A DNA stretch of 64,000 nt. Source: Hormiphora californensis (lineage: Eukaryota; Animalia; Ctenophora). Positions 14,101-26,076 of the stretch are shown piece after piece. A program made the translations under genes and the position numbers. The notes beneath the pieces were generated by a model. The model saw nothing but the letters and a program-made list of their open reading frames with translations, was not told the DNA's origin and did no database searches. Within the stretch, counting starts at the first letter, position 1. Each line of letters starts with the position of its first letter. Where the stretch lies: the NCBI GenBank assembly GCA_020137815.1, contig CM035359.1, forward strand, positions 2,170,001 to 2,234,000. Direction: 5' to 3'.

Positions 14101-16979
14101 AAAGTTCAATTTATTCACATCACTTTAATTAAAAGTACCTACCTAGAAGACATACCCTGTCCTTCAGATTAAGATTAGTCCCCTATTTCTCAGTGAAAAC
14201 TGGGAGGATCGTGAGCGTATGTTGCCCAGTCAGGAATTATTCCTCCTTCAAAATCAAAGGGAAGGAAGTAGTGCATCACTGTTGTTGGAAAGGCACCTTC
14301 AAGGTCTGGAAGTGTGCACTGTAGAGGTTCCAACTCATCGAAATGATCCACTATCTTCTCCTTTAGCTCCTCCAGTACATCAGGATGGGTCTTACTCAGA
14401 TTATTTGTCTCAAATGGATCCGCGGTGATGTTGAAAAGTCGGGTGACATTCCAATTGATGCTATTTTCCCCAAAGGTATACCGGTAATCTGTTTGGCATG
14501 TTGTTTGCGAAGAGAGCGATTGTAGGCCAAACATTGCTTTGTAATCGCCTTTGATATACGCTGCGTTCTGGTTCACTGGATTTATGTGGACTAGGAACTC
14601 GTTCCGTAGGCAGCTTGTCTCGTTACCGGTAAACAAAAAGTCCGATTGATCAATGCTGTCCAGGGTGTAGATCTGAGATTTTCTGACCTTAGAAATCTCT
14701 GCAAAGGCCTCCCAGCCTCCTGTCCATCGAACGAGACTGGAGAACCAGTCAGTGACGTGAATATAGCAGGAAGTGGAACCACGGGGCACCAGGATGTCCG
14801 GGTTGGGGCTGTACAGAAATGCAGGAACTCTCACAGCACCCTCAAAAAGCGTGTTTTTCCACCCTCTCAGCGGGAGGCTGGAGGCAAAACGAGATTGCTG
14901 AGCTCCGTTATCACTTGCCACAATTAGTAGCGTGTTATTCCATATACCCGCCTCTTTATAGCTCTCGATAATTTCACTAAGAGCATCCTGGGCAGCGTTC
15001 AACATAGCCTGTCGTACACAACTCTTGTTCGCTTTATCGAGGCAGTCTTCGCTAAAGTAGGCATCAGGAGCAAAGAAGGGATAGTGGACATTTTGCATGT
15101 TGTACATTATATAGAGAGGCTGGGATGTGTTGTGGCTCTCAACTATGCTCTTAGTCCGGGCTGTGTAGAGGTTTTCACTGTATACTTGGGTCGAGTTTGG
15201 TAGGATGGACCAGTTTATTTCATCACCATCCTCCTCGCAGAAGTAGAAATCGTTATACTGTTCGCCCGGGACATACAGATGTGACATGTAGTCTAACTGG
15301 CCTTGGGTGTACCCGTAAGCAGTTTGGAATCCTCGAGTACACGGCATGCAATCCCACCGAGCATAGCCAAGGTGCCATTTGCCCAACATATGTGTTGCGT
15401 AACCATTGGCACGAAGGACCTCCGGAAGTAAGATCTGGTCTCTATCCAGACACTCCTTTGTCCACGGCTGGAAAACATCGTCAGTAATTCCCAAGGCAAT
15501 GGCATACCTACCAGTGTAGAGAGAACCCCGTGCAGGGGTACACAAAAACTGGGAGTAGTATCTGTCCAGGATGAGACCCTCACTTGCAAGCTTATCAAAC
15601 AGGGGTGTGGTGATATTCTTTTTAATTTCCGGGTAAGTGTAACCCATATCTCCGTATCCCATGTCGTCAATCAGCACAAACAGGATGTTCGGTTTATCGA
15701 CAACTGATCCCCCAACTATTGGAGCTCCAAGGAATAGGAGGAGGGAGAGAAGGACGGAAACCATAATTTCAACACGATCAGGGTCGAGGGTATTATTCTT
15801 ATGTTCTATCTCCAAAAAGGGCAATGAACGTAGGTGTCGCAACAATGAAAGGTTATTTGTGTTACTTTTATCTGTTATTAAATTGCGTGGGCAGAGGGAC
15901 AGTTGAGATCACAAAATCCCATACAATCAGATGATCATAAAGGACGCTCGTTACGCATAACAATTGAGGGGCGGCCTCACTATTCCTCAACAAGCCCTAT
16001 ACAACTCCTCAGCCAAGGAGGCTGGTGTAACTTTATCCTAATCGGAGATATGCGATACCGGGATACTGATATATCGAGATTGGATGCCTGAATATGAATG
16101 GGGCAAATCTTCAAGGTACCGTGTGGGGCAATAAAAATGCCCCCCCCCCCCCCCAAGTCTACCATAGTTCCAGATATCGTGGAGACAGAAGTTATATTTG
16201 TGTTATATCATGACATTACCAAAAACTAACAGAAATAATTAGTTGGCCTGGAAAGGTGACCACTTTTGTTGTCAAACTGACACCTTTGCCCTCTCCAGCT
16301 TTTTTCATCTATAGGTGAAAAAACCGGAGAGGGCAAAGGTGTCAGTATAGGTTATACTACCCTCACCTACCAGCGCACATGTGGTGGTTTCTCGTAGCAC
16401 TCGAGTTCGTGTTTAAATGTCACCAAGCACGCCGTGGGTAGGTTGGCTAGAGCGGTTGGTGCAGCCGGCTGCCGGTCTATTATTATACCGGTGTCTATTA
16501 TTATTATTATTATTATACCGTGTGTAATGATACGCTTTCAAATAGGACGAGAGACGTTGAGGAGACTCGTCAGAACTTGGATTTACAGGAGAAACTGAAG
16601 GCGAGACGGAGGAAAAGACGGCAACAGATGAAACAAAATCTAGAGGAACAGGTTAGTGTTCCATATTGTTTCTTATTGTCCCATAGTGTTCCATCTTGAT
16701 CTAGTGTTCCATATTGTTCCATTTTAGTGGGATTTTAGTCTTCCATAGATAGTGTTCCATATTGTTCCATAGTGTTCCATAGCATTCCATATTATTCCAG
16801 AGACTCTGGACCAGAGTGTTCCGGAGAAGATTTGACCCATGACTCAATATGGGTCGAGATGTTTCTCTCTTCGGGCCCTAAAATATTTCAGCGTTCAGCC
16901 ATATTTGATATTCTAACAGATCACTTTTCAGAGATTGATAGCACAGAACTCAAACATTGGTGAAACTAAAGAGGAATGA
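5151..16979 (+). CDS. N-terminally lipidated (MGCGAS) coiled-coil protein with a PDZ domain, 18-20 exons
   Basis: Exons 5151-5294, 5408-5521, 5592-5729, 5872-5963, 6402-6505, 6630-6758, 10110-10228, 10292-10473, 10612-10721, 10969-11111, 11184-11250, 11375-11512, 12065-12241, 12386-12507, 12647-12927, 13173-13378, 13483-13513, 13708-13792 (or stop at 13796), 16546-16651, 16932-16979; phases all compatible. PDZ signature KGFGFEL...GDTIQS/INGVDV; E/A/K-rich helical tail. The last two exons are less certain. Confidence 0.8.
6015..6363. mobile_element. hAT-type MITE, copy 1
   Basis: Near-palindromic, TAGGGTCTAACGGTGTATAAGG...CCTTATACACCGTCAGACC; same family as 39700-40035, which has a clean 8-bp TSD. 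Confidence 0.85.
6782..10025 (-). mobile_element. Tandem array of Helentron-associated (HINE/DINE-1-like) non-autonomous elements
   Basis: Hairpin AGGTGCC-GGCA-GGCACCT (6787-6804) next to sub-terminal IR TCCGACCCGAAG; its complement CTTCGGGTCGGA at 8439 and 9985; two ~1.5-kb bodies in tandem (~6975-8478 and ~8478-10025) rich in GCCCCTGCAC; a 96-bp end duplicated at 6782 and 6878. Confidence 0.7.
11790..12050. repeat. 10-bp tandem repeat (agtgtacatc), ~26 copies, intronic
   Basis: Directly visible; ends ~14 bp before the PDZ exon acceptor. Confidence 0.95.
14190..15764 (-). CDS. Intronless arylsulfatase (ARSB/ARSI/ARSJ-like, sulfatase family S1)
   Basis: Signal peptide MVSVLLSLLLFLGAPIVGG (ATG at 15764), KPNILFVLIDDMGYGD, formylglycine motif CTPARGSLYTGRY, GKWHLG, SDNG, PLRGWKNTLFEGAVRVP, LFNITADPFETNNL. 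Confidence 0.95.
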   Translation of the reverse strand: MVSVLLSLLLFLGAPIVGGSVVDKPNILFVLIDDMGYGDMGYTYPEIKKNITTPLFDKLASEGLILDRYYSQFLCTPARGSLYTGRYAIALGITDDVFQPWTKECLDRDQILLPEVLRANGYATHMLGKWHLGYARWDCMPCTRGFQTAYGYTQGQLDYMSHLYVPGEQYNDFYFCEEDGDEINWSILPNSTQVYSENLYTARTKSIVESHNTSQPLYIMYNMQNVHYPFFAPDAYFSEDCLDKANKSCVRQAMLNAAQDALSEIIESYKEAGIWNNTLLIVASDNGAQQSRFASSLPLRGWKNTLFEGAVRVPAFLYSPNPDILVPRGSTSCYIHVTDWFSSLVRWTGGWEAFAEISKVRKSQIYTLDSIDQSDFLFTGNETSCLRNEFLVHINPVNQNAAYIKGDYKAMFGLQSLSSQTTCQTDYRYTFGENSINWNVTRLFNITADPFETNNLSKTHPDVLEELKEKIVDHFDELEPLQCTLPDLEGAFPTTVMHYFLPFDFEGGIIPDWATYAHDPPSFH

Positions 16980-17467
16980 ACAAGCAAACAAACACCCGTG
17001 AAGTTGCATGACGTAGCCAGCTGATCCAGGCTCTTAAATTGGGCAGTTACCTGCAGTACAGCGATGGACACTCGAATAGAACGTCTCTCAAGTTTAAATT
17101 GTGATTTGGGATCGGATTTTTGATCTTATATTATTGACTATGAGTATGAAAAACTTTCTAGTTTACCTTCAAGTATGTAAATAGTTAGAAGGGTGAGACA
17201 AACTTATTTTTTGTAGATTTGTGTTAAAAGTGATATTGATGTTAACAGTGTTGTATTGTTATTAGAAATATAAACTTTCTGACAAATTCAACAAAACAAA
17301 ACATGAAACATTTTATTTGTTAACCGGGATGTAGATATCTAGATTATTTTGAAATTGGATTATCTACATCTGATTTACCTGGGTAAATTGGGTTCATGAT
17401 ATATATCTTAGTTCGTATCATTGTTTGTATCAGGGGATACCAATATCATTATCATATTATGATATCA

Positions 17468-19545
17468 CTGCACTGGCAAGTGCCCCGGGGCCCATCCACC
17501 CCCCGGCCCCCCTTTCCTAGAAAGAAAGAAAAATGCGAGGGGCCGACAGGCCCCGAAGCTAGAGAGAGAGAATGAGTGTGTTTGAAGTACACTAGGGGAA
17601 AGAAGCCTCTAAAGTGCACACTCTCCCTTTCACTTCTACAGTGCAGTACCATACGAACGCGACGAGACCGGATTTCAGGATCAAATTACACAAGCATGCA
17701 GTTGAACTAGAGTTATGAAACTTGGTATCCAGCTGTCCTTTTACTATCACTGCTGGAATCCAAGTTTATAGACTGATTGAAGCTAAGATGCTGAAACGGT
17801 AGGGGTGTCAAGTTCGGCTATAAAAGTGTCGTCTATATATACACGACCCAAATCCCGGGAGCTTAGCTCTTGAAAACGGTAAAAGCTTCGAAGTTGAAAT
17901 TTTGTGGAGTCATAGTTCTTGATAGGGTGCGTGTAGTAGGATATTTTTCGAGTCATAAAACCTTAATTAAGACCTAATTATGCCCTAATTAAATATGCAT
18001 TTCCCACCTATCTCCGGACTGGGTGGTCGGAGAGACTTCTTTTATAGCTTATCCGAACCGGAAACGTCGATTTATGGGGGGTCGTTCCCCGAACAAAAAG
18101 TCGTATCTCGCACCCTTCTGGATTTATTCACATATTTATGATTTTATGCATATCTTGAATATCTTTTAACTGGTTGATGTTAGGGACATGAAACATGTCT
18201 AATTCGACGTAGAATGGTCGATTTATGGGGGGTCGTTCCCCGAACAAAAATCCGTATCTCGCACCCTTCTTAAGTTATGCACATATTTATGATTTAATAC
18301 AATCATTCGCTGAATGGCTGATACTAGAAACTTTGAATTGGTGTTTGACGTAAAAAGATCGAAGTATATGCAGCAGATTTACCAAAAAAGAGAAACATCA
18401 TACCAAAAAGAAGAGAAACTACAGTCGGACCCCGATTTAGGGGCCCCCGATTTAGGGACACCCCGATTTAGGGACAGGATTTTTTTCCCCCAAAAATTTT
18501 TTGAATTTTTTTTGTGAAATTTTTTGTGAAATTTTTTTGAAAATTTTTCAAAAAGATACCAGCCACGTCCGAATCGTGTTTCGAATCAGTGAATCTTATC
18601 GTATGTCCTGCTGCTAATTAGACGGTTCGGAACGAACTGATACGTGATCCCCATGGGGCCATTGAATCACAAGTTCACCAAGCGTCAAAATTTCGATTCG
18701 ATGGGGATCACGTTTCGATTCGTTCCGAACCGTCTAATTAGCAGCAGGACATGCGATAAGATGCACCGATTCGAAACACGATTCGGATGTGGCTGGCATA
18801 CCTTTAAAAATTTTAAAACATTTTTGCAAAATTTTACAGTACGATTGTCAATGCTTTGATCGGTGCTCCCCATAAATTTTAAGAGAAAAAGTTATTTTGA
18901 AATTTTGATACTTCCTCAACCGCTTAGGGTGCCCCGATTCGGCATGGTATCACGTATCGGTTCGTTTGGAATCCACTAATTAGACAGGACATCCAGTAAG
19001 CTGCACCGATTCGAAACACAAATCGGACGGGCTGGTATAACTTAGAAAATTTTTCACACTTTTTTGAGGAAAAAAAACTATTTTATATTTTTCTATTTCT
19101 AATCAGAAATGATGATGTCATCAATACATGAATATTGCTTATAACAGTTAGAGGTGTCTTTAGTCTTAATAATATAGCATTTTGGGCATAAAATAGGTTT
19201 TTATGGGCCAAATATGGCTCACCCCGATTTAGTGGACACCCCGATTTAGTGGACAAGACCCTTTCCCCCGAGGGTGTCCCTAAATCGGGGTCCGACTGTA
19301 GTACCAAAAACCAATCAAATTGGTTTGGATGACCCGGGGCCCAAAGGCGTCGGGATGCAAAATGTTGGTAGGATAAAACATTACTTTTGTAGGAAAATCT
19401 AAAAATGCGTCAAGAAAAACACTATTGTAGCTGGTGAAGGTCGCATCTCGACGCCTTTGGGCCCCGGGTCATCCAAACCAATTTGATTGGTTTTTGGTAC
19501 TAGTTCCAATACCATATACATATTACCAAAATTGTCCAGGCCAGA
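17468..19545. mobile_element. Non-autonomous repeat with an internal ~55-bp inverted repeat (19300-19501), related to 36883-38995
   Basis: Starts GCACTGGCAAGTGCCCCGGGGCCC (compare GCGCTGGCAAGCGCCCGGGGCCC at 36885); IR GTACCAAAAACCAATCAAATTGG; internal ~120-bp duplication at 18065 and 18215. Confidence 0.5.
18422..19298. mobile_element. Tc1/mariner (pogo-like) MITE nested in the previous repeat
   Basis: TA|CAGTCGGACCCCGATTTAGGG...CCCTAAATCGGGGTCCGACTG|TA, with CCCCGATTTAG subrepeats. Confidence 0.9.
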
Positions 19546-19616
19546 GAGAGAAAGAGAGAAAGAGAGAAAAAGAGAGACTGAGAGTTAAGCAAGGCAAGAG
19601 TATATAACACACATAC

Positions 19617-20911
19617 CAACACATTGTGGTACGCCATTTATCCACGATCCATCCTTCTGACAATTTGCCCTTCTATAGAAGTCAGATGCTAAACCTGATT
19701 TGCTAAACCTGATCTGCTCCACAACATCACCACCCCACCGTTTAGTTTAACACAGTCGCTACTTGAACTATCTATGAACAGGTAGTTCAGCACCTCAACA
19801 CCATTACATGTGATAATGAAGGCGGTCTCTGTTTTGGTGATCGTCCAGATCTTATCCACCTCCACCGGGGGTTGTACTGGCAGGTCCGTCCAGCTGCTCG
19901 TGCAGGAGTATATCTGATACTGCATTCGGGAGATGAACCCCACATACACAGTTCCGATAGTGCTGCTGTCCTTGGATCCATCGCATCCTATTCTCGCTCC
20001 GCGAATAATAGGATCCCGGCCCGTTGAGAGCAAGAACTCACGTGCGCGCGATATAAAGCACGTTTTCAGCAGATCGCGCGTGATAGACCGTTTTTGGAGA
20101 CCATTTTAGCTGACCTAGCACTACTCAAAGGTCAATTATGGCCTCATTTCGCATCGTGATGAATCGGCGGGTATTTTCCCATACTCACAAGGCCATGACG
20201 ATTCCCCCAGTACCCGCAGATTGTTCCAGGACCGAGTACGAGCTTGCAGCCAGGTCTTTAAAGAATTGCTCATGTTTAGCGTCAATTTTGACCCACTATT
20301 CCTCAAATGCTGATACTCGCGGGTATTTTCCGTAAAACTAGAGACAATTATCTGCCAGGAGCAACAAACGAGATGTAAATCGGTTCAGTAGTTCCTTGCA
20401 GCCAGGTCTTTGAAAAAGTTTGCTCTAAAATCAATAACGGACCGGAGGCCTAGATATGTAAGATCGATCTCGGTCGCTGCGCGACCTCGATCTCACTCAG
20501 GCATCAATGTGGCCAACTGCTGTCCTTGTCTTTCATATTCACAACGATGGTCTGACCACTGCCCAGTGTAGAGTCCGTCTTTATCTGGAGAGGTGTTGCC
20601 TCCAGGTCCCAGAGTATGTACAAATCCTTCTCTACAGCTGTCCACTCTGAAATACAATGGATTTCAGTTTTTTGCTTATATTTTTTGGGTGTAATCTAAC
20701 AAAAACAAAATAGCTTGTGGACCTGAAAACATACACAGTTTCAGGCGGTTCAATCATTAAATTGTTTTGTTCTAATAAAAGTTTCCCGTGAAACAGTTAA
20801 CAGGGTAGAACAAGGCAATCATGTGTCATGTTAATAAAATTTATTTTGTGACTAACCTGTGAGAACAGCTGTCCCGCATAATGCAGCTGTGAAGAGAAGG
20901 AGACGTATCAT
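19617..20911 (-). pseudogene. Disrupted paralog of the secreted beta-domain/sushi gene at 32903-33827
   Basis: Signal exon MIRLLLFTAALCGTAVLT (20857-20911). Exon 2 (EWTAVEK...TPLQIKTDS) is split by a 542-bp insertion (19975-20516) flanked by a 12-bp duplication CTGCTGTCCTTG. Frameshift near 19745; only the sushi C-terminal end (CQKDGSWINGVPQC) remains. Confidence 0.8.
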
Positions 20912-20937
20912 CGTAACACACATGTATACTACTGCTG

Positions 20938-22859
20938 CAGGGGTGGGAAAAAATGTCCGCCCTAGATTGGCGTTGGGATTAGACGGGGTTGCTCTATGGG
21001 ACAAGTGAATGGGTTGACCGGGATTTCGGATTTTTGTTGGCTGCGGAGCAGCCCCTCCGAAGGGTTTCGCGAAAAATCGCGCGCGAAAAAAGAGGGCGCG
21101 ACGTGCCCAAGGATTTTTGGCTCGGAGTTAATTTTTTTGGTCGGAGTGAACGTTGTCATTTGATTTTAAACTAACTATTCCAGGGAGCAAAAATTTTCGG
21201 TCTGGAGGTCGAGCGGTTGTCTAGTCTTTGGCTGCCGAATCGAATTTCTTTCGGGTCACTGACTGGTTAAAGGCGGGCGCGGTGATCATGTTTTTTACCG
21301 GTACGGGTCGTGGACTACTTTCTGGGTTGCTGGTCGGGTTTTTTGGGGAAGAGTCACGTATTACAGCCGCTAATGAGGGATGAGTATCGAAAAAGCGACA
21401 TGTGCCGATTCGGAGGACGGAGCACTGGGATTAAGAGGCCACTTGTTAAATGCTAACGAGCTTCGGATCTCATGACCAATCATCATCGTCATCCCTTGCC
21501 ATGCTATACGCAGTCTGTCTGTTCGGCACTTTAAGCGCCTGCACTTTAAGCGCACTTTAAGCGCCTCGGCACTTTAAGCGCCTCGCTTACGCTCGCCCTT
21601 CGGGCTTGCGTAAGCTCACACCGGGCCTTCGGCCCGGTGTGAGAGCTGACAGGCAAGGAACATGTCAAGTCATCCCTCATTAGCGGCTGTGATACGTGGT
21701 TCTCCACAACTAATCCTAATTAGCAATTCAGAATGGTCCACGATTCGATGGGGATCACATGACTTGACTAACTGTCAGCGGTATCGCCTTTGTGTGTCTT
21801 GTGGTTGTCCGTTTTTTATTTTCCTGGTCGCATTCTGAGGAGGTTCGATGGCCGGAGACAATTTTTTTGACTTCTGGACCGAGGATTTGTGTTTTTTGGA
21901 ATGAGTGACGCGGACTGTGTTCGTTCCGATCGGCTGTCAGAGCATTGGCCTGACCCTATTCTCATTTCTCTCACGCGGAGCGCGCGAGAACTGTGGTCAG
22001 AGCATTGGCCTGACAGCCGATCGGAGGAATGGGCTTCGAGCTGAAGGTTTTGGTCAGCCTGTTTGTGTTTAAATAAGTAGTATATTTGGTGACATTGACA
22101 CCTAGTGCGTGCGAGATCGAGGTCGCGCAGCGACCGAGAACGAGCTCGCACATAGGTGTCCGCTCCGCCCCCTAAAAAGGGGTCGTGTCTTTCAAGCCAA
22201 ATTGCACGTGATCCACTGGACCGATTTGCATCCGGTTTGTCGCAAAAGACTACAAATTGGTCCTAGTTTACTGGAAAATACCCGAGAAGTTTGTCTTTCA
22301 ACAGGAAGTGGGTCAAAATTGACACTGAAGTCAAATCTATAATCTGGCTTCCGAGCCTTTTTGCACCACTCCCAGACGGTGTAGAATGAATCTGAGGGTA
22401 TCAGAAGATAGGTTGAACTCTTGTGAGTACTGGAAAATACCCGGCATTAATAGCTGATACTAATTGCATCAACATATCTCCCAATATCTTCTAAATCGCA
22501 TGGGCGTAGTGCAGAAACTCTCGGAAGCCAGATTATAGGTTTGACTTCAGTGTCAATTTTGACCCACTTCCTGTTGACAGACAAACTTCCCGGGTATTTT
22601 CCAGTATATTAGGATCATTTGTAGTCTTTTGCGACAAACCGGATGCAAATCGGTCCAGTGGATCGCGTGCAACATCCCTTGAAAGAAACGACCCTTTTTG
22701 AGGCGGAGCAGACACCTGTGTGTGAGCTCAATCTTGGTCGCGCACGGTGTCTATGTCACCAAGTAGTATATAGGGTGACTCTGCTGGATTTTAGCGCTCT
22801 GCGGTGTCAGGAGCCGTACTGCAACTGGTCTAGGGCGGACATTTTTTTGCCCACCCCTG
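20938..22859. mobile_element. hAT-like non-autonomous element with nested insertions
   Basis: TIRs CAGGGGTGGGAAAAAATGTCCGCCCTAGA / TCTAGGGCGGACATTTTTTTGCCCACCCCTG; TSD decayed; inserted ~27 bp upstream of the pseudogene ATG. Confidence 0.75.
22086..22762. mobile_element. Mutator-type MITE with 9-bp TSD
   Basis: GTAGTATAT|TTGGTGACATTGACACC...GGTGTCTATGTCACCAA|GTAGTATAT; long internal inverted arms (mirror ORFs 22109+ and 22715-). Confidence 0.8.
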
Positions 22860-23026
22860 TACTTAAGTTAATGAAGGGGCGGAAAGGAGTAAAGTAAATG
22901 GTGAAATTGTTTATTATCGAAATGAAAAAATTCAAGAATCTAACCAATCGGTTTATTTTTTCTCTGGTTTCAAGGTAGCAAACGTAAGTGGTGGCGGATA
23001 AAAGAAAATGATCTGATCCCTATCTA

Positions 23027-23093
<67 letters not shown>

Positions 23094-23787
23094 CTCTCTG
23101 TCTCTCTTTTTCTCTCAGTCTCTCTCTCCCCATCTATCTTTAAATCTTACATATCTCAACCAAGCTCCTATGCAAAGTTAATGTCCTTGTCTTAGATCCA
23201 CGGACTCCTCTGGTTGAGTGTTAGAGAGTTATACGTGTTCTCTCCTTTTTTTAATAGTCGTCTCTATGTCTCTTACTCGCGTAGCTAACCTGTGTCTCTG
23301 CACCTGAAAATTCTTTATCTCTATAAAAGTTTCAATCGTTCAAAGATTGAGAGACGAGGGAGAGAGGCAGGGAGAGGGAGGAAAAGTTGTGAGTCTTCTA
23401 AAATTGAAATGGACTGGGATCAAGACGGGTCCGGGAAGGGGATTCCATGTGTCAAGATAGTGATACGTGGCAGGCACCCGGCTGCCGGCACCGCCAGACA
23501 ATCTAGACTGGTGTAGACTACTAATACTAATACTACTAGTCTGCCACCGGGTTTGAACAATTTATTAATGAGAAATTCGGTTAACATTCTTACCTCAGCC
23601 TGATTCAGAGTTTCGAAGGACTGTTTGTGTGGAGGGTGACCGTTTGGCGTTTTCCATAGTCCCAAGTACTCAAGGGTAGATTGTAAGTCACCTACACGTG
23701 GGAAATGAAAATGTGGTAATAAGGTGGAATTTTTTGTTTAGTTTGAAATAACTCGCTCGACTGCAGCAAAAGGACTGAAAGGTCCAT

Positions 23788-24761
23788 TACGGTGGCAGAT
23801 TCCGGCCAAGTGTTTTTTCAATCAAGTGAAATGTTTTTGTTTGAAATTTTATAAAAATTTTATTTCAAAATGAAAATAAACATGTTGTTAAAATTATTGG
23901 CCGGAATCTGCCACGCGGGTGGCAGATTCCGGCCAAGATTCTCAAAAAACCTTGGCCAGAATCTGCCACACACGTGGCAGATTCTGGCCAACCAACTAAA
24001 ACGTGTTTATATCAAAGCGAAAACCACTGTACCCGACTAATTTTGATACGCTGAATCACGTAAGATACTTTTCCAATCGCTCAGAGGTCGGGAAAGTGTC
24101 ATAGTTGACCATAATAGGGTCTAATTGACCCCACTTACAACTTTTCACCTTAAACGATAGACGCTTATGTGAAGGCACTTTTCCGACTAATTTTGATACG
24201 CTGAATCACGTAAGCAACTTTTCCAAGTACTCAGAGATCGGCAAAGTGCCCTAATTGAGCAATTAAGGCTAATTAGACCCAATTATACCCAATTAAGGCA
24301 CTTTCCCGACCTCGGAGGACTTGGAAAAGTTGCTTACGTGATTCAGCGTATCAAAAATAGTCGGAAAAGTGCCTTCACATAAGCGTCTATCGTTTTAAGG
24401 TAAAAAGTTGTAAGTGGGGTCAATTAGACCCTATTATGGTCAATTATGACACTTTCCCGACCTCTGAGGGATTGGAAAAGTATCTTACGTGATTCAGCGT
24501 ATCAAAATTAGTCGGGTACAGTGGTTTTCGCTTTGATATAAACACGTTTTAGTTGGTTGGCCAGAATCTGCCACGTGTGTGGCAGATTCTGGCCAAGGTT
24601 TTTTTGAGAATCTTGGCCGGAATCTGCCACCCGCGTGGCAGATTCCGGCCAATAATTTTAACGACATGTTTATTTTCATTTTTAAATACAATTTTTATTA
24701 AACTTCAAACAAAAACATTTCACTTGATTGAAAAAACACTTGGCCGGAATCTGCCACCGTA
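23788..24761. mobile_element. Foldback element, near-perfect ~970-bp palindrome with 6-bp TSD
   Basis: GTCCAT|TACGGTGGCAGATTCCGGCC...GGCCGGAATCTGCCACCGTA|GTCCAT; ~460-bp arms. Confidence 0.9.
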
Positions 24762-25929
24762 GTCCATGTTTGTTTATTAGGCTTCCGCGGTATCTATTAA
24801 ACGAACAGTTTCTTACCCATTTGTTGTGACGTTGTAGAGATTGGGAGTAAAAGTAGAACTAGAAGACTGCTGCAGGTAACGGAGAGCATTGTGTGGCTGC
24901 ACGCTGTCAGAGCATTGGCCTGGACAGTTATTATAATGCATAGTGTTTCTAAACAGGGCAACCAACACACCGAGAAACAGCATGGCAAACGCTTTTAAAA
25001 GTGGGACTGGGAAATGAAGGACTGAAGGCGAATTATTATAGTGAGCCAAACAAAAAGGGACCACCGCGGCGTATATATTATAAATAGTATTCTCTTCGTC
25101 TCGTCGACCGCGGGGCGCCCGGTGCGGGGCTGGAGACAGTGGTACAGAACGAGAAACATCATGGTAAAAGCGGGGAATAACTTATACAGTGTATATATAT
25201 TGGGGGAAACCAGTTGTGCCTGAACCTCAGGTCAAGTGCCCCTTTTTTACGACTGTTTACGACTGAAATCTGAAATTTCAGAGTTCAGTTATGACGGCTA
25301 TTCCCTGAAATCACGCGCTCTGGGTGTCCTCCACGAAACTAAATTCAGTTTAGTGTTGAAATTTAGAAGTCAAGTTAGTGAGCGACTAATATCTCGCTAA
25401 ACTTTAGATAACCGTCCACGAACAACATGTTTCGAGGCTTGGTCCGACCCATGTGATACTGAGGTGTTATACATGTGATAGAATGCGACACCCAATGGGC
25501 ACTCTCTCTTTTCCATCACGTGAAGATATCAGCGTGACATACAATAACGTGGAACGTAATGTGTGAATTGAGATAGAGATCCACTGGCCAATCAGGACAC
25601 TTGATTCTCAATGTGCGATAATTAATAGCCAGTGCCACACCTGAGAGGGGGATAACGAGAGGGGCAATGGGCATAATGAAAGGGGGAACCGGGAATGAGA
25701 GACTGGGAGATAGGAGGGAAAGAGATGGAGAATGAGATATGAGAATGAGTTTGGGAAAGAGAGGAGAATGAGAGGGGGAATTAGAGGGGAATAGAGGGGG
25801 AAATAGCGGGTTGTTTAAAGTTTTGAGAGGGGGGAAAGAGAGGGGGTAGGTTTTGGGTAGAGGGGGATAGTGAAGGGGAGGAAGATTGGGAAGAGATAAA
25901 AAGGGAATAAGGGGGGTTTGGGGGGTTTT

Positions 25930-25958
25930 GGATCTCTCTCTTTCCTTCCGCTCTCTCT

Positions 25959-25994
<36 letters not shown>

Positions 25995-26034
25995 CTCTTT
26001 TCTCTCTCTCTCCTCTCTCTCTCCCCGCTCTCTC

Positions 26035-26076
<42 letters not shown>

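Noticed and set aside
23390-25200. Candidate 5' exons of the PLAT gene
   Set aside because: Splice-like signals exist but I could not assemble a convincing phase-consistent protein.
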